37,330 bases of DNA from NCBI GenBank assembly GCA_034660555.1, contig JAYEJL010000051.1:23289-60618 (forward strand), in the 5' to 3' direction. The stretch comes from Thermotogota bacterium. Its GTDB lineage: Bacteria > Thermotogota > Thermotogae > Petrotogales > Kosmotogaceae. A model generated the notes under the pieces. It saw only the letters and a program-made list of their open reading frames with translations, ran no database searches and was not told the DNA's origin. Each line of letters begins with the position of its first letter. Within the stretch, counting starts at the first letter, position 1. Below, in pieces: positions 9,201 to 19,866 of the stretch. Position numbers and translations under genes: made by a program.

Positions 9201-10937
9201 CAAAGTTGGAGCCCTATTAAGAAGTACGGGATGTCCTTTAATAACATCCTCAAGCACTTCCCAGGCTTCAGGCATTTCACGTTCAATAACCGTTTTCTTC
9301 AACTTTCTTGCAGATTTACTCGATTCGCTGCCAAGCAATTTTCCCAAAACGAAAGGTTTGAATAATTCCATTGCCATTCTTTTTGGTATACCACATTCAT
9401 GTATCTTCAGATCAGGGCCGACAACGATAACTGCTCTTCCCGAATAATCAACTCTTTTTCCGAGAAGATTCCTTCTGAAACGTCCCTTCTTACCTTTTAC
9501 AAGGTCTGTAAGTGATTTTAGTGGCCTTCCCGATTTGTCTGTTACTGCTTTTCCAACTCTACCGTTGTAGATTAATGAGTCCACTGCTTCCTGCAGCATT
9601 CGCTTTTCATTTCTTATTATTATTTCAGGAGCACCTATGCTTAAAAGTTTAGAAAGTCTGTTATTTCTGTTGATCACCCTTCTGTAGAGATCATTCAAAT
9701 CTGTTGTTGCAAATCGTCCACCTTCTATTTGAATCATTGGTCGCAGATCTGGTGGAACAACAGGAACAACGTCCATTACAATCCATTCTGGTTTGTTATC
9801 CGATTTGATAAAGTCTTTTACAAATTTCAGTCGCCTAAGTAATTTTAGTGCCCTGGCACTGCTTTTTGCAAGATCCTTCAGTTCGTGCTCAATTTCTACT
9901 TTTAGTTCTTCAAAATCAAGTCTCTCCAAAAGTTTCTTAATAGCAGCTGCTCCATAATCACATCGTACTTTCCCAGGATATAGTTCCCTGTAAGCTTCGT
10001 ATTCATTCTCTATTACAATATCTCCAACATTTTTTCCGATTTCCTGTGAAACTTCATCATCTATCTCCGTAATTAAAACGATCGGACGGTCACTTTCGGT
10101 TTCTGTTTCAATCTCAAAACTACCAGGATAATATTCATCAAATAGCCTATATTCGGTAAGGGACAATACTTCATCTTCAAATAAAAATCTGTCTGCAAGT
10201 GTATCTCCCTTTCTCACTTCATCACCATCGTTAACATAGATAAAGGCACCTTCAAATACAGGGTACTTTTTTGTTACTCCATCTTCTGTCTTAACGATTA
10301 TCCAGTTTATTTCTCTATCTGTATTGGCTGTGTCGCTCTCAACCTCAACTTTGCCATCTATGTCAGAAACAACGGGACTCTTGGGATTTCTTACTTTAAC
10401 CCCCTGTTCAACCTCAAATTCCCATTTCTTTGAATATATTTCATATTCTGTTTGATATAGGGTTTGACCGGGTATAAAATCTGTATCCTTTGGATCGGTG
10501 ACCACGTATCTACCTTCGATAACTCTCCTTGATCCATAGTAAATTACATTTTCAAGATCCTTCGATGAAACGTTGAGAATTGAAGCAAGAATGCTTGGTG
10601 CGCTTTTCAAATACCACACATGAACAACGGGAGCAGCCAGATCAATGTGTCCCATTTTTCTTCTTCGAGCATCCTTTGATTCAACTTTTACATTACAACG
10701 TTCACAAACCGTCCCTTCATACTTCTTACCTTTATATTTTCCACAGGCACATTCATAATCCTTGGTAGGGCCAAATATCTTTTCACAAAACAAACCATCT
10801 TTTTCAGGTTTGAATGTTCTGTAGTTAATAGTTTCAGGCTTTTTTACTTCACCATTCGACCAGGATCGTACTCTTTCAGATGAAGCAATTCCTATACCTA
10901 CAGAGTTGATTTTTCTATTATACGAATTTACAGCCAT
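6264..10937 (-). CDS. rpoC: RNA polymerase beta' subunit with lineage-specific insertions
   Basis: KPETINYRT, zinc-binding Cys cluster, [12 protein letters not shown], catalytic [20 protein letters not shown] and GLKENVIVG. Confidence 0.99.
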   Translation of the reverse strand: MAVNSYNRKINSVGIGIASSERVRSWSNGEVKKPETINYRTFKPEKDGLFCEKIFGPTKDYECACGKYKGKKYEGTVCERCNVKVESKDARRRKMGHIDLAAPVVHVWYLKSAPSILASILNVSSKDLENVIYYGSRRVIEGRYVVTDPKDTDFIPGQTLYQTEYEIYSKKWEFEVEQGVKVRNPKSPVVSDIDGKVEVESDTANTDREINWIIVKTEDGVTKKYPVFEGAFIYVNDGDEVRKGDTLADRFLFEDEVLSLTEYRLFDEYYPGSFEIETETESDRPIVLITEIDDEVSQEIGKNVGDIVIENEYEAYRELYPGKVRCDYGAAAIKKLLERLDFEELKVEIEHELKDLAKSSARALKLLRRLKFVKDFIKSDNKPEWIVMDVVPVVPPDLRPMIQIEGGRFATTDLNDLYRRVINRNNRLSKLLSIGAPEIIIRNEKRMLQEAVDSLIYNGRVGKAVTDKSGRPLKSLTDLVKGKKGRFRRNLLGKRVDYSGRAVIVVGPDLKIHECGIPKRMAMELFKPFVLGKLLGSESSKSARKLKKTVIEREMPEAWEVLEDVIKGHPVLLNRAPTLHRISIQSFVPRLVEGNAIKLHPLVCAPFNADFDGDQMAVHVPLSTAAQAEAKFLMLSRYNVISPANGKPISMPGKDIIVGVYYLTTTDYEYEKLENELNEYYEELKKSGIDENELKKKSREKALEKVNWKFGMTDEALMAYDSGMVGLHDPILVQIGGNEGLTLTSVGRIIFNSILPEKLRNYSQKFTKRQIKTLIYDCFQEFGIDRTADLLDGMMRMGFHYATVSGLTISIRDIIMYPRKEEIINEAQKKVEGIDQLYKDGYLNENNRIIEIIKIWEGAIQELTLKTYDEFKEYPFNPVYMMVDSGARGNIDQLKQLSGMRGLMADPSGKTIEVPILSNFRDGLKELEFFTSTHGARKGSADTALRTSFAGYLTRRLVDVAQSTTVTTPDCGTSEGIEAIELMADDVTIEKLEDFLFGRVLAEDIIDPMTGKTVKNPKTGKLYTRNTMIRDGDEVFLANFKRKVPVMSEEELSLDKKIHITDYTELAEEVTLEEKTYESGMQLTGDILHEMKEKGIKKLKVNVYPAVNKVYVGHEFRNKDNIQLVKYQEKLIPTTAKTLLKEGYESLEVRPSINIRTVLTCEAEQGVCAACYGMDLSNHDVVNVGEAVGIVAAQSIGEPGTQLTMRTFHTGGIATETDITRGLPRAEELFEARKKLKEPEALFSEVNGFVKDMDTDDKGRRKLFVETPEVKIKEYRLSSVIKPKVHIGDKVLEGESLTTGTVRPRKLMQKLGINQTAMYLLREIKRVYAEQGVEIHDKHFELIIKQMLSKVEITDPGDTELLPGTLINIQKVKKFNEQISRSNRKVEENKKMVIGRRLARKVLGEDEDEKVVSLGIEGEMIDKELTKKFEEYEIKEISIYDVEEEEYQKLLEEIDPDFTLPEKSVQISPKDYIKYKRRLLRITKASLESEGWLSAASFQQTPQVLTEASTEGKMDKLLGLKENVIVGQLIPAGTGLDMYSNIQIEEAGMAEEEEDIG

Positions 10938-10967
10938 TCTATTCCCTCCTTGAGGGATAATTCCCCA

Positions 10968-13900
10968 TTATAATTTGTCAACCTCAAGCTCATTACCATC
11001 TGAATCATATACCTTAACATCCAGCGCTAAACCCTGGAGTTCTTTGATTAAGACTTTAAAACTTTCAGGAATCCCGGGTTTTGGTATTCTTATATTTTTT
11101 AGTATAGATTTATACACTTCATTTCTTCCTGCAATATCGTCTGATTTTATAGTAAGCATTTCATTCAACGTATGCGCTGCGCCATGTGCTTCCAGTGCCC
11201 AAACTTCCATTTCTCCAAATCTTTGTCCACCAAAATGAGCTTTACCACCAAGGGGCTGCTGGTGGATTAATGAATAAGGTCCGGTTGAACGCGAATGAAT
11301 CTTATCCTTTGCAATATGTACAAGCTTTAGCATGTACATAGTTCCAACAACAATCGGAAAATCAAAGGGTTCACCGGTTCTGCCGTCTTTCAACAAAACC
11401 TTTCCCGTTTTGTTATTTTTATCATCTCCTGCATCAAGACGCTTTTCCTTTCGAACATCATAGAGTTCTTCCATTATTTCCATTTCTTTTGCGCCATCGA
11501 AGATTGGTGTCGCAAAGTATCGGTCTGTAAGAGACCCAAGCCATCCCAGATGAGTTTCAAGTACCTGCCCGACATTCATTCTTGATGGAACTCCAAGTGG
11601 TGAAAGCACCACCTGAATTGGTGTGCCGTCAGGAAGGAAAGGCATATTTTCTTTAGGAATGATATTAGATACGACACCTTTGTTACCGTGTCTTCCTGCC
11701 AGTTTGTCTCCGATGTCAAGAGGTTTTCTGCATGCAACAAAAACCTTTACCAGTTTGTTTACACCTGAACCTAACTCGGAAACCTGTTCTTTATCAAAAT
11801 ACTTAACATCGATTACTCTTCCCTCTATTCCATGGGGAAGCTTCAATGAACTATCCTTGACATCTCGGCCACGGTCACCAAATACAGATCTGATTATTTT
11901 TTCTTCCGCTGTTGCATCAGATTCTCCTTTTGGTGTAACCTTTCCAACAAGAATATCTCCTGATGTAACATAAGCTCCTACTCTTACAACGCCGTTTTCA
12001 TCAAGATTCTTAAGAAGACTTTTTGAAACATTTGGAATATCCGCTGTTATTTCTTCTGGGCCAAGTTGAGTGTCTCTTGCTACCGTTTCATACATTTCTA
12101 TATGTATAGTGGTGAATGTGTCATTTTCAAGCAGTTCATTACTAACCAATATGGCGTCTTCAAAATTGTAGCCTTCCCAGGGCATAAATGCCACTGTAAC
12201 ATTTTTACCGAGAGCAAGTTCTCCCATATCAGTAGATGGACCATCAGCTATGGGTTCACCTTTTTTAACCTCTTCACCAACAGACACAATAGGACGCTGG
12301 TTTATCGCTGTATCCTGATTCGTTCTAACAAATTTTCTTAAATTATACTCATCAATTTCAGGTTTTTTACTCTTCTTATCCTTTTTATCTTTTTTTTCAA
12401 TTACTATTCTTCTTCCGTCAACATATTTCACAACACCATCATTTTTTGCCAGTACAACAGAACCTGAATCCCTTGCTGCAACAGCCTCTACACCTGTTCC
12501 TACAACAGGCGCTTCAGGTTTTACTACAGGTACAGCCTGACGCTGCATGTTAGATCCCATTAATGCACGATTGGCGTCATCATGTTCAAGAAATGGGATA
12601 AGAGAAGTCGATATGCTGACTATCTGTTTAGGTGAAACAGCCATGAAATTAACATCTTCACTGTCAACAAATTTAATTTCACCTTCGTATCTTACTTCTA
12701 CGGAATCCTGAGCTATCCTGTTATCATCAATTTCTATTGTTGACTGCGCTATATTGTAATGTTCTTCCTCATCAGCAGAGAGATACACAATCTCATCTGT
12801 TAACTTACCTTTTTTGACTTTTCGGTATGGTGTCATTAAGAATCCATACTTATCGATAGTTGCATATGTTGAAAGAGATGTCATTAGTCCTATGTTGGCA
12901 CCTTCAGGTGTTTCGATGGGACACATTCTCCCAAAATGAGAATGGTGTACGTCTCGTACTTCGAACCTAGCGTGTTCTCGCTTCAATCCACCAGGACCTA
13001 TTGCTGATAATCGACGTTTGTTTGTCAACTCCGCAAGAGGATTAACCTGATCCATGAATTGTGATAGCTGACTTGTTGCAAAGAATTGATGCAAGGTTGT
13101 CATCAATGTTCTTACATTAACCAGGTTTTGTATGGAAATCTTGTCAAAAGATGTATATATCGTTAATTTTTCTTCTAGAAGTCTGTGAATTTTCATGAAA
13201 GCTTTTTCAAATTCTGTTTGCATTAGTTCCCCAACAGTTCTAACGCGTTTGTTACCCAGATGATCCTTGGTATCAAGCAACTCCGGTCTGGATTCTACCG
13301 CAACTAAATGTCTTGCAGCAAGAACAACATCCATGGGAGTTAGCACCATAGATTCTTCACCGTATTCGAGATCTTCGGGGACATCTTTTTTGCCTTCAAC
13401 TTTTTTCAGATAATCATGGTAAACCCTTTTCAATCTGCTATTTATCTTAAATCTCCCAACATCCGAAAAATCGAATCTATCAGGATTGAAATATAGATTA
13501 TAAAAATAATTCTTAGCTGCGTTAACCCGCGGGATCTCACCGGGTTTAAGTTTTCTGAACATTTCAATGTACGCATTTTCACTGCTTAGATCTTTTCCAT
13601 ATGTTTTTTGCAGTGCAGTGAGTGTTTTCATTGCCAGCAGTGATGGCACTTTTATCGATTCAACATCTGATTCGGCAATATTCTTGATAAGGTTTTCCGT
13701 CAACGCAGAACCTTTTTCGGCGATTTTTGATCCCTTTACAACAACATCTCCCAGCAAAATACTTCCTTTATGGCTGGATAAAGTGTATTCATCATTTGCT
13801 TCCACATTTGTAACAAAAAGATTCAATAACTCAATTTCGTCTTCATAACCAAGTGCCTTTAATAAAAGAAATAGATTCATTTTTCTTCGTCGGTCAATCC

Positions 13901-14477
13901 TTACCTGCATTATTTGCTTTATAGGGTTCAAAAGTACTTCGAGCCACGCTCCTTTAACAGGTAAGAAATGGGCAACGAAAATTGGCTCTGATGATGTTTT
14001 TGACTTTGTTGGCTCATCTACAAAATAAACACCAGGTGACCTAACCAGCTGATTGACCACCACACGTTCTGCACCATTAATAACGAATGAAGCATCATCT
14101 GTCATGTAAGGCAAATAACCAAAGAATGCTTCTTCGTCTTTGATCTCGCCAGTAGAAAGATCTGTTATTCTGACTGTAACATACAGAGGAACAGAATAAG
14201 TTAGTCCTTTATCCCTGCATTCCTGAATGTCGTATCTGGCTTCACCAACTCTTGTTTTAACAAACTCAAGAGAAAAGCCTTTGTCACTCTTTCGTACATC
14301 GCTTCTCTGCATTTGTGATTTAATGGGTGAATATTTCTTAAGTACGTCCAATAATCCTTTTTCAATAAACCACTGGAAAGAATTTGTCTGTATTTCAATC
14401 AAATTTGGGAAGTCTATTGGTTCAGAAACCTTACCGAAGACCCAGCGCTCGCGCCTGGCAAATTTCTCTTTTCTCAT
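10968..14477 (-). CDS. rpoB: RNA polymerase beta subunit
   Basis: [28 protein letters not shown] and [17 protein letters not shown] upstream. Confidence 0.99.
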   Translation of the reverse strand: MRKEKFARRERWVFGKVSEPIDFPNLIEIQTNSFQWFIEKGLLDVLKKYSPIKSQMQRSDVRKSDKGFSLEFVKTRVGEARYDIQECRDKGLTYSVPLYVTVRITDLSTGEIKDEEAFFGYLPYMTDDASFVINGAERVVVNQLVRSPGVYFVDEPTKSKTSSEPIFVAHFLPVKGAWLEVLLNPIKQIMQVRIDRRRKMNLFLLLKALGYEDEIELLNLFVTNVEANDEYTLSSHKGSILLGDVVVKGSKIAEKGSALTENLIKNIAESDVESIKVPSLLAMKTLTALQKTYGKDLSSENAYIEMFRKLKPGEIPRVNAAKNYFYNLYFNPDRFDFSDVGRFKINSRLKRVYHDYLKKVEGKKDVPEDLEYGEESMVLTPMDVVLAARHLVAVESRPELLDTKDHLGNKRVRTVGELMQTEFEKAFMKIHRLLEEKLTIYTSFDKISIQNLVNVRTLMTTLHQFFATSQLSQFMDQVNPLAELTNKRRLSAIGPGGLKREHARFEVRDVHHSHFGRMCPIETPEGANIGLMTSLSTYATIDKYGFLMTPYRKVKKGKLTDEIVYLSADEEEHYNIAQSTIEIDDNRIAQDSVEVRYEGEIKFVDSEDVNFMAVSPKQIVSISTSLIPFLEHDDANRALMGSNMQRQAVPVVKPEAPVVGTGVEAVAARDSGSVVLAKNDGVVKYVDGRRIVIEKKDKKDKKSKKPEIDEYNLRKFVRTNQDTAINQRPIVSVGEEVKKGEPIADGPSTDMGELALGKNVTVAFMPWEGYNFEDAILVSNELLENDTFTTIHIEMYETVARDTQLGPEEITADIPNVSKSLLKNLDENGVVRVGAYVTSGDILVGKVTPKGESDATAEEKIIRSVFGDRGRDVKDSSLKLPHGIEGRVIDVKYFDKEQVSELGSGVNKLVKVFVACRKPLDIGDKLAGRHGNKGVVSNIIPKENMPFLPDGTPIQVVLSPLGVPSRMNVGQVLETHLGWLGSLTDRYFATPIFDGAKEMEIMEELYDVRKEKRLDAGDDKNNKTGKVLLKDGRTGEPFDFPIVVGTMYMLKLVHIAKDKIHSRSTGPYSLIHQQPLGGKAHFGGQRFGEMEVWALEAHGAAHTLNEMLTIKSDDIAGRNEVYKSILKNIRIPKPGIPESFKVLIKELQGLALDVKVYDSDGNELEVDKL

Positions 14478-14496
14478 GAAATCACCTCTCGTCTAC

Positions 14497-14549
14497 TTGA
14501 GCACAATTAACCTACATCAGTAAGTTACCTGATGTAGGTGATCACTCAA
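14497..14549 (-). promoter_or_regulatory. Long stem-loop in the rplL-rpoB intergenic region
   Basis: Perfect 11-bp inverted repeat ACCTACATCAG (14510-14520) / CTGATGTAGGT (14529-14539), plus outer TTGAG/CTCAA pairing. No clear U tract. Confidence 0.6.
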
Positions 14550-14589
14550 AAACATTATAAACACTTTTTGTGAAACGTGTGTTAAGTAA

Positions 14590-14976
14590 TTACTTCAACT
14601 CTACTTCAGCGCCTGCTTCTTCTAGTTGTTTCTTGATGTCTTCTGCTTCTTCTTTAGAGGCTCCTTCTTTTACTACTCCTTCAGGTGAGCCAGCTTTTTC
14701 TACAAGTTCCTTTGCTTCTTTAAGACCTAATCCTGTAAGGCTTCTTACTACTTTGATCACGGCGATTTTTTTCTGGCCAAAGGATTTGAGTGCAACATCA
14801 AATTCTGTCTGTTCTTCCTCTTCTTCTTCAGCAGCGCCTGCAGCACCAGGTGCGGCTGCCATCGCTACGGGTGCGCTTGCACTGATATCAAATTCATCTT
14901 CCAAAGCCTTAACAAGTTCTGCTAGTTCAGAAACCTTCATGTCTTTAATTGCTTGAATTAGTTCTTCCTTAGTCAT
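14590..14976 (-). CDS. rplL: 50S ribosomal protein L7/L12
   Basis: [10 protein letters not shown], Ala/Glu hinge, [18 protein letters not shown] and [14 protein letters not shown] 14976 lies 6 nt after GGAGGTG. Confidence 0.98.
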   Translation of the reverse strand: MTKEELIQAIKDMKVSELAELVKALEDEFDISASAPVAMAAAPGAAGAAEEEEEEQTEFDVALKSFGQKKIAVIKVVRSLTGLGLKEAKELVEKAGSPEGVVKEGASKEEAEDIKKQLEEAGAEVELK

Positions 14977-14995
14977 TTCATACACCTCCGAATTA

Positions 14996-15541
14996 TTATT
15001 TCTGTCCTCCTTGTTTTTCTTTTATAGCATTAATCGCATAAAGTAATTTTGTCAAAATTCCATTGAGACTGTAAACAAATCCACGTATTGGTGAAGCAAC
15101 TCCGCCAACAACCATCACAATGAGTTCTTCCTTTGTAGGCAGCTTGGCCAGTTCGCTAATTTTCTCCGGTGGATTGTAGAGACCTTCCAGATAGCATCCT
15201 CTTAGTACCGGAAGTTTATTCTTTTTAGCAAAATCAGACACAATTTTTATGGCTTCAATAGGATCGTCCTCTTTTACTGTTAGAATTGCTGTTGTACCAG
15301 ATATTTCATTATTCCATTCATCTTCTGAAAATCCAGCTTTTCTCAGAGCCAAACGCACTAGTGTGTTTTTTGAAATTGTGTATGCGGCATTCTCTTTGTA
15401 TCTTTCATAAAGTTGGTCTCTCAGTTCTGTTATTTCTTCAACTGATAAACCTCTGTAATCTGAGAACAATATCAGTGATGAGTTTGAAAATGTTTCATAT
15501 AAATTTTCAACAAATTGTTCTTTTTGTTTTCTTGTAAACAT
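14996..15541 (-). CDS. rplJ: 50S ribosomal protein L10
   Basis: [20 protein letters not shown] and [10 protein letters not shown]; sits between rplA and rplL. Confidence 0.97.
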   Translation of the reverse strand: MFTRKQKEQFVENLYETFSNSSLILFSDYRGLSVEEITELRDQLYERYKENAAYTISKNTLVRLALRKAGFSEDEWNNEISGTTAILTVKEDDPIEAIKIVSDFAKKNKLPVLRGCYLEGLYNPPEKISELAKLPTKEELIVMVVGGVASPIRGFVYSLNGILTKLLYAINAIKEKQGGQK

Positions 15542-15563
15542 TGTTTACTGGCACCTCCTCTGT

Positions 15564-15586
15564 AAAAAAGCGGCCAACAAGGCCGC
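15564..15586 (-). terminator. Attenuator terminator in the rplJ leader
   Basis: Minus strand GCGGCC-TTGTT-GGCCGC-TTTTTT just before the rplJ SD (GGAGGTG). Confidence 0.8.
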
Positions 15587-15609
15587 AGAAATAACTGATT
15601 TATTTCGGC

Positions 15610-15667
15610 GTACCTCGACAGGCGATTCATCATTAAAGGCTATTTGCCTACCTGCTGTCTCAGGTAC
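15610..15667 (-). ncRNA. Ribosomal protein L10 leader (L10(L12)n-binding cis-regulatory RNA)
   Basis: Minus strand GTACC-TGAGACAGCAGG..GGC/GCC-TTTAA...CCTGTCGA-GGTAC matches the L10-leader pattern AGACAGYAGG...TTAA...CCTRYCGAGG, upstream of rplJ. Confidence 0.85.
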
Positions 15668-15688
15668 TATTCACTTTTATTTTCTATA

Positions 15689-16390
15689 CTACACTACTAT
15701 TGTTATAAGTTCGTTATGGTTAATCTTCACCGATGGGCTCATCGTTGGTGATAATGTGGCTTTAATAATAAATCTGCCTTTTGCGGACGATGGTCTCATT
15801 TTTATAATCTGCCTTAGTGCTGATTTCACATTCTCTACGAGTTTCTCGTTATCAAAGGATTTCTTACCAACAGGCATATGAAGATTAGCAGTTTTGTCAT
15901 TTTTAATTTCAACCCTACCAGCCTTAAAGGCTTTAACTGTATCTTCAATCTCTGTTGTTACTGTTCCGGATTTCGGTGAAGGCATTAATCCTCTAGGTCC
16001 CAAAATCCTACCTAACTTTCCAATTTCTCTCATCATATCAGGTGTGGCAATCGCAATATCAAAGTCAGTCCATCCCTTTTGTACCTCTTCAATTAATTCA
16101 TCTGAACCAACAAAATCGGCTCCTGCTGCTTTTGCTGTTTCTACATCTTCACCTCTTGCGAAAACCAAAACTCTGACTGTTTTCCCGGTTCCATTTGGTA
16201 AACCTATTGTTCCTCTAACCTGCTGATCGGATTTTGAAGGCTGTATTCCCAATTTTATATGCAGTTCTATGGTTTCATCAAATCCTGCACCAGGCATAGA
16301 TTTTATCGTTTCAACAGCTTCATCCAGTGAATATAATTTTGCTCTCTCCGTCAGTTTTCTTGCTTCCATATATCGTTTAGATCTTTTCAT
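15689..16390 (-). CDS. rplA: 50S ribosomal protein L1
   Basis: [38 protein letters not shown] and PTMSPS. Confidence 0.98.
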   Translation of the reverse strand: MKRSKRYMEARKLTERAKLYSLDEAVETIKSMPGAGFDETIELHIKLGIQPSKSDQQVRGTIGLPNGTGKTVRVLVFARGEDVETAKAAGADFVGSDELIEEVQKGWTDFDIAIATPDMMREIGKLGRILGPRGLMPSPKSGTVTTEIEDTVKAFKAGRVEIKNDKTANLHMPVGKKSFDNEKLVENVKSALRQIIKMRPSSAKGRFIIKATLSPTMSPSVKINHNELITIVV

Positions 16391-16402
16391 GCTGGCCCCT
16401 CC

Positions 16403-16828
16403 TTAAGCTACTACTTCGATGCCCATATTTTTTGCCGTTCCTTCAATTATCTTCATGGCACTTTCCATAGTTCTGGCATTTAAATCGGGCATCTTCATTT
16501 CAGCTATTTCCTTCACCTGATCTTTGGTGATCTTTCCAACCTTAATTGCATTTGGTTCACCCGAGCCTTTCTCAATTCCAACAGCTTTTAGAATCAAGAA
16601 GCTTGCAGGCGGTGTCTTAAGTATATAGGTGAAGGATCTGTCAGCATAAACAGTAAGTACCACAGGAAAAACCAATCCTGGCTTGTCTTTTGTTTCAGCG
16701 TTGAATTTCTTACAAAATTCCATGATATTTACTCCATGCTGACCCAGTGCAGGACCAACTGGTGGTGCTGGACTCGCTTTTCCAGCTTCAAGTTGCAGTT
16801 TGATTTCTGCTATTACTTTCTTTGCCAT
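16403..16828 (-). CDS. rplK: 50S ribosomal protein L11
   Basis: [35 protein letters not shown] and GTAKNMG. Confidence 0.99.
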   Translation of the reverse strand: MAKKVIAEIKLQLEAGKASPAPPVGPALGQHGVNIMEFCKKFNAETKDKPGLVFPVVLTVYADRSFTYILKTPPASFLILKAVGIEKGSGEPNAIKVGKITKDQVKEIAEMKMPDLNARTMESAMKIIEGTAKNMGIEVVA

Positions 16829-16842
16829 TTCAATACCTCCTT

Positions 16843-16871
16843 GTGGTCAAACGGAAATTAATTCCTCCCAC
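16843..16871 (-). promoter_or_regulatory. Putative L1-binding translational operator in the rplK leader
   Basis: Minus strand GTGG-GAG-GAA..TTCC-GTTTG-ACCAC forms a hairpin with the GTGGGAG/ACCAC signature, abutting the SD AAGGAGG of rplK. Confidence 0.7.
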
Positions 16872-16878
16872 GATTTTG

Positions 16879-17943
16879 CTACAATATTTTTTCTACTTCA
16901 GATAACTTCAGTACAACTGGTGTTTCTCTGCCAAAAATACTTACTACGACTTTTATCTCCTGCCGTTCAGGATCAATCTCTGTCACTCTTCCAACAAAGT
17001 CCTCGAAAGGTCCGGTGTTGATCCTAACCATTTCACCTAGTTCAAAGTCAACTTCAACGGTAACGGCTTTCTTTTCTTTTCTTTCATATTCCTCAATTCC
17101 AACCAGTCTTAGCAATGCTCTAACCTCTTTATTCTTTAACTGGACTGGCTGACCGCCAACCGACACAAAATTAACCACATTTGGTGTGCTTCTGACAAGA
17201 TTAAATGTGTCTTCATTCATAATCATTTCAATAAACATATATCCGGGATATATTCTTTTTCTACTTATTTTAAATGTTTTAATCTCTTTTCTACTTGATA
17301 ATTCTGCTATTTCAACTCTTCCTTCGATTTTTGCATATGTTATCTGTGGTTCAGAAATCTGTTGTCCACGTGTAATCCTTGCATTTTTTCTTATGGCTTT
17401 TGTATCATAGCTTTTTGGATAAACCATATAAACATCTTCATCACCGTTTTCTTTTTCCGTCACTATTCGCTTCATTTTAACGGTATATACTATTCTTCCG
17501 TCAAGTTCACAAAAATAGTCTCCACTACTGGCCAGGGGCATTCCCTGTCTTATACGGGAACCAGGTTTAATACCACTTTCAATTTTTGCGCTTTCAGGAA
17601 CATAGTAGGTTTTCGTATATTTTCTATCTACCGTTTCCACAAGAATAACCCGGTAATTCTTGATCTCTTTTATAATCGCATCGTTCTTTGCGTTTACAGC
17701 AGGTTCTTCTGCAATCGGGTCTCCCTTTTGAACATCCTGATTGGATTTTACAAGTAATTTTGCTTCCGGAAGAAATACTAATTTCTGAGCGGGAGAACTT
17801 CTATCTAGTTTCACCTCTTCAGGAACAAGTATTCTACCAAACAAATGTGAAAATCCGAAAGACTCGATTTTGGCCTCAATCGCTTCTTTTATTGAATTTT
17901 CTAAACCTGAATATGTTTGAATAATGTACCAGCTTTTTTTCAC
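16879..17943 (-). CDS. nusG: Transcription termination/antitermination factor NusG, Thermotoga type with a large internal insertion
   Basis: NGN motifs WYIIQTYSGLE, YPGYMFIEM and VRSTPNVVNFV; KOW motif GEMVRINTGPFEDF...IFGRETPV; about 175 extra residues inside the NGN domain; GTG start. Confidence 0.97.
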   Translation of the reverse strand: MKKSWYIIQTYSGLENSIKEAIEAKIESFGFSHLFGRILVPEEVKLDRSSPAQKLVFLPEAKLLVKSNQDVQKGDPIAEEPAVNAKNDAIIKEIKNYRVILVETVDRKYTKTYYVPESAKIESGIKPGSRIRQGMPLASSGDYFCELDGRIVYTVKMKRIVTEKENGDEDVYMVYPKSYDTKAIRKNARITRGQQISEPQITYAKIEGRVEIAELSSRKEIKTFKISRKRIYPGYMFIEMIMNEDTFNLVRSTPNVVNFVSVGGQPVQLKNKEVRALLRLVGIEEYERKEKKAVTVEVDFELGEMVRINTGPFEDFVGRVTEIDPERQEIKVVVSIFGRETPVVLKLSEVEKIL

Positions 17944-17965
17944 TATTAATCACCTAAAGTGTACT

Positions 17966-18169
17966 TTATGCTTCAATAATTCGTTTCAACAATTCTGTAA
18001 TTACATTTGTGTATATTAAATCCATTAAAGCCAGAAAACCTCCAGCAACAATCAGAACAACAATTACAGCTCCTGTCGATGAAATTAACTGTCTCCTGTT
18101 AGGCCAACTAACTTTCTTGGCTTCGCTCTTTACTTCTGAAAAGAATCTCCAAAAACCCTTTTTTGCCAT
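17966..18169 (-). CDS. secE: Preprotein translocase subunit SecE
   Basis: FFSEVKSEAKKVSWP plus a single TM helix, directly before nusG. Confidence 0.95.
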   Translation of the reverse strand: MAKKGFWRFFSEVKSEAKKVSWPNRRQLISSTGAVIVVLIVAGGFLALMDLIYTNVITELLKRIIEA

Positions 18170-18199
18170 AAAAATCCTCCTGACAACAAAATACAGTTG

Positions 18200-18367
18200 T
18201 TATTTAGATTCTTTGTGCAGTGTATGTTTTTTACATCTGGGACAATATTTCTTTGAATCCAATTTGTAGTCTTTTCTTTTGTTTTTTAAACGGTAGTAAT
18301 TTCTGATGCCACACTCGGTACACTTCAGAGTCACAACTACCTTATTACTTCTTGTCTTTTTGGCCAT
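18200..18367 (-). CDS. rpmG: 50S ribosomal protein L33 (zinc-binding C+ form), 55 aa; below the ORF-track cut-off
   Basis: Manual translation gives [63 protein letters not shown]. Confidence 0.96.
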   Translation of the reverse strand: MAKKTRSNKVVVTLKCTECGIRNYYRLKNKRKDYKLDSKKYCPRCKKHTLHKESK

Positions 18368-18397
18368 ATTGTCACCTCATATATATATCATAATCAA

Positions 18398-18484
18398 TGG
18401 TGGTAAGGGGTGGGTTTGAACCACCGTAGGCGTTCTGCCAGCGGATTTACAGTCCGCCCCCTTTGACCACTCGGGCACCTTACC
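18398..18484 (-). tRNA. tRNA-Tyr(GTA)
   Basis: GGTAAGG/CCTTACC acceptor stem, GCGGA-CTGTAAA-TCCGC anticodon arm, long variable arm, GGTGG-TTCAAAC-CCACC T arm and encoded ACCA. Confidence 0.97.
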
Positions 18485-18499
18485 ACCGGTAATCGTCAG

Positions 18500-18574
18500 T
18501 GGAGCCAACGAAGGGACTCGAACCCCCAACCTGCTGATTACAAATCAGCCGCTCTTCCGTTGAGCTACGTTGGC
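18500..18574 (-). tRNA. tRNA-Thr(TGT)
   Basis: GCCAACG/CGTTGGC acceptor stem, GCTGA-TTTGTAA-TCAGC anticodon arm, GGTTCGAGTCC and encoded TCCA. Confidence 0.97.
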
Positions 18575-18590
18575 CCAACAATCGATACTT

Positions 18591-18619
18591 ATTATAACCG
18601 CTTATTTATAGGCTGTCAA
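18591..18619 (-). promoter_or_regulatory. Consensus sigma70 promoter for the tRNA-rpmG-secE-nusG-rpl operon
   Basis: Minus strand TTGACA-17 nt-TATAAT, ending 16 nt before tRNA-Thr. Confidence 0.92.
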
Positions 18620-18662
18620 GAGATAAAATACATGAAAAACAGCTAAAAATTAGATTCCGAAT

Positions 18663-19865
18663 TCATACGGCGCTTTTGATATAATCAGCTATTAATTTTA
18701 CCGCTTTAAAAGCTAACTCGTCTTTGGGAAGTCGGGGAAGCTTTTCCTTTCTACCATCTTTCGTTATCATTAGCAGCTCGTTGTATTCTGAATCAAAGCC
18801 TATACCTTCTTTGGAAATATCGTTTGCAAAAACTATGTCCAGATTTTTATGCTTTAATTTCCGCACAGCTCTATCTTCGATTTCTTTATCTTCTGCACAG
18901 AATCCAACCAAAATACTATCCTTTTTTCTCTTTATTGTGCTAATAATATCTCTGGTTCGTTCCATTTCTATTACCAGATTTTCTTCTGATTTCTTTATTT
19001 TATGTGATATTGGATTCTTAGGAGAATAATCAGAAATCGCAGCAGTCATTACTATAATATCTGCATTTTTAGTATATTTATCCACAGCTTCTCCCATTTC
19101 GAATGTGGTTTCCACTTTTGTTTTTTCCACTCCAGCAGGAGGTTCAAGGTTAACAGGTCCTGAAACCAGATTTACACTGGAACCAGCATATCTGAATGCT
19201 TTTGCCAATGCATAACCCATTTTCCCCGATGAACGATTGCTGACATAACGTACACTATCAACTTTTTCACGTGTTGGCCCTGCAGTCACCAAAACGTTAT
19301 GATTTTCCAAAATCTTATCATACAGCATATATTCAATATTCTGAAGTATCACATCGTTCTCAGGATATCTTCCAGGACCTATATCACCACAAGCAAGATG
19401 TCCAAAGCCCGGTTCAAGTATCTCCCAGCCTTTTTCCTGAAGAGATTTTAGATTTTCCTGCGTGGTTGTGTTCTCATACATTCTTATATTCATGGTTGGA
19501 ACGAGCATCTTTTTACCCTGAAAGGCAATACATACAGCAAGAAGAAGATTGTCTGCAATTCCATGATTTATCTTAGCTATTGAATTGGCTGTTGCCGGTG
19601 TAACAATAAGTAATTCAGCCCAATTTGATAGGTCAGTATGAGGTATCCATCCATTGTTTATATCAAACATGTCAGCATATACAGAACAACTGCCAACGGA
19701 AGAAAACACAATTTCAGACACCATTTTTTTGGCGTTGGGTGTCATTACTACTTTAATTTCAGCACCCAATTTTCTCAGTGAACTGACCAATCCTACTGTC
19801 TTGTACAGAGCAATTCCGCTGCTTACACAAATCAGTATTTTCCTGTTTTTCAGAATTGATGACAT
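18663..19865 (-). CDS. coaBC: Bifunctional phosphopantothenoylcysteine decarboxylase / phosphopantothenate-cysteine ligase
   Basis: SGIALYK, PATANSIAK, G.LACGD.G.GR, VTAGPTRE..D.VRYVSNRSSGKMG and ANDI. Confidence 0.96.
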   Translation of the reverse strand: MSSILKNRKILICVSSGIALYKTVGLVSSLRKLGAEIKVVMTPNAKKMVSEIVFSSVGSCSVYADMFDINNGWIPHTDLSNWAELLIVTPATANSIAKINHGIADNLLLAVCIAFQGKKMLVPTMNIRMYENTTTQENLKSLQEKGWEILEPGFGHLACGDIGPGRYPENDVILQNIEYMLYDKILENHNVLVTAGPTREKVDSVRYVSNRSSGKMGYALAKAFRYAGSSVNLVSGPVNLEPPAGVEKTKVETTFEMGEAVDKYTKNADIIVMTAAISDYSPKNPISHKIKKSEENLVIEMERTRDIISTIKRKKDSILVGFCAEDKEIEDRAVRKLKHKNLDIVFANDISKEGIGFDSEYNELLMITKDGRKEKLPRLPKDELAFKAVKLIADYIKSAV

Positions 19866-19866
19866 T

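Noticed and set aside
6264..14477. Inteins as the explanation for the rpoB/rpoC insertions
   Set aside because: No C/S...HN-C/S/T splice junctions or LAGLIDADG motifs were seen, and the inserts fall at known lineage-specific sites.
18379..18388. (AT)5 run before rpmG
   Set aside because: Too short in an AT-rich spacer to imply phase variation.
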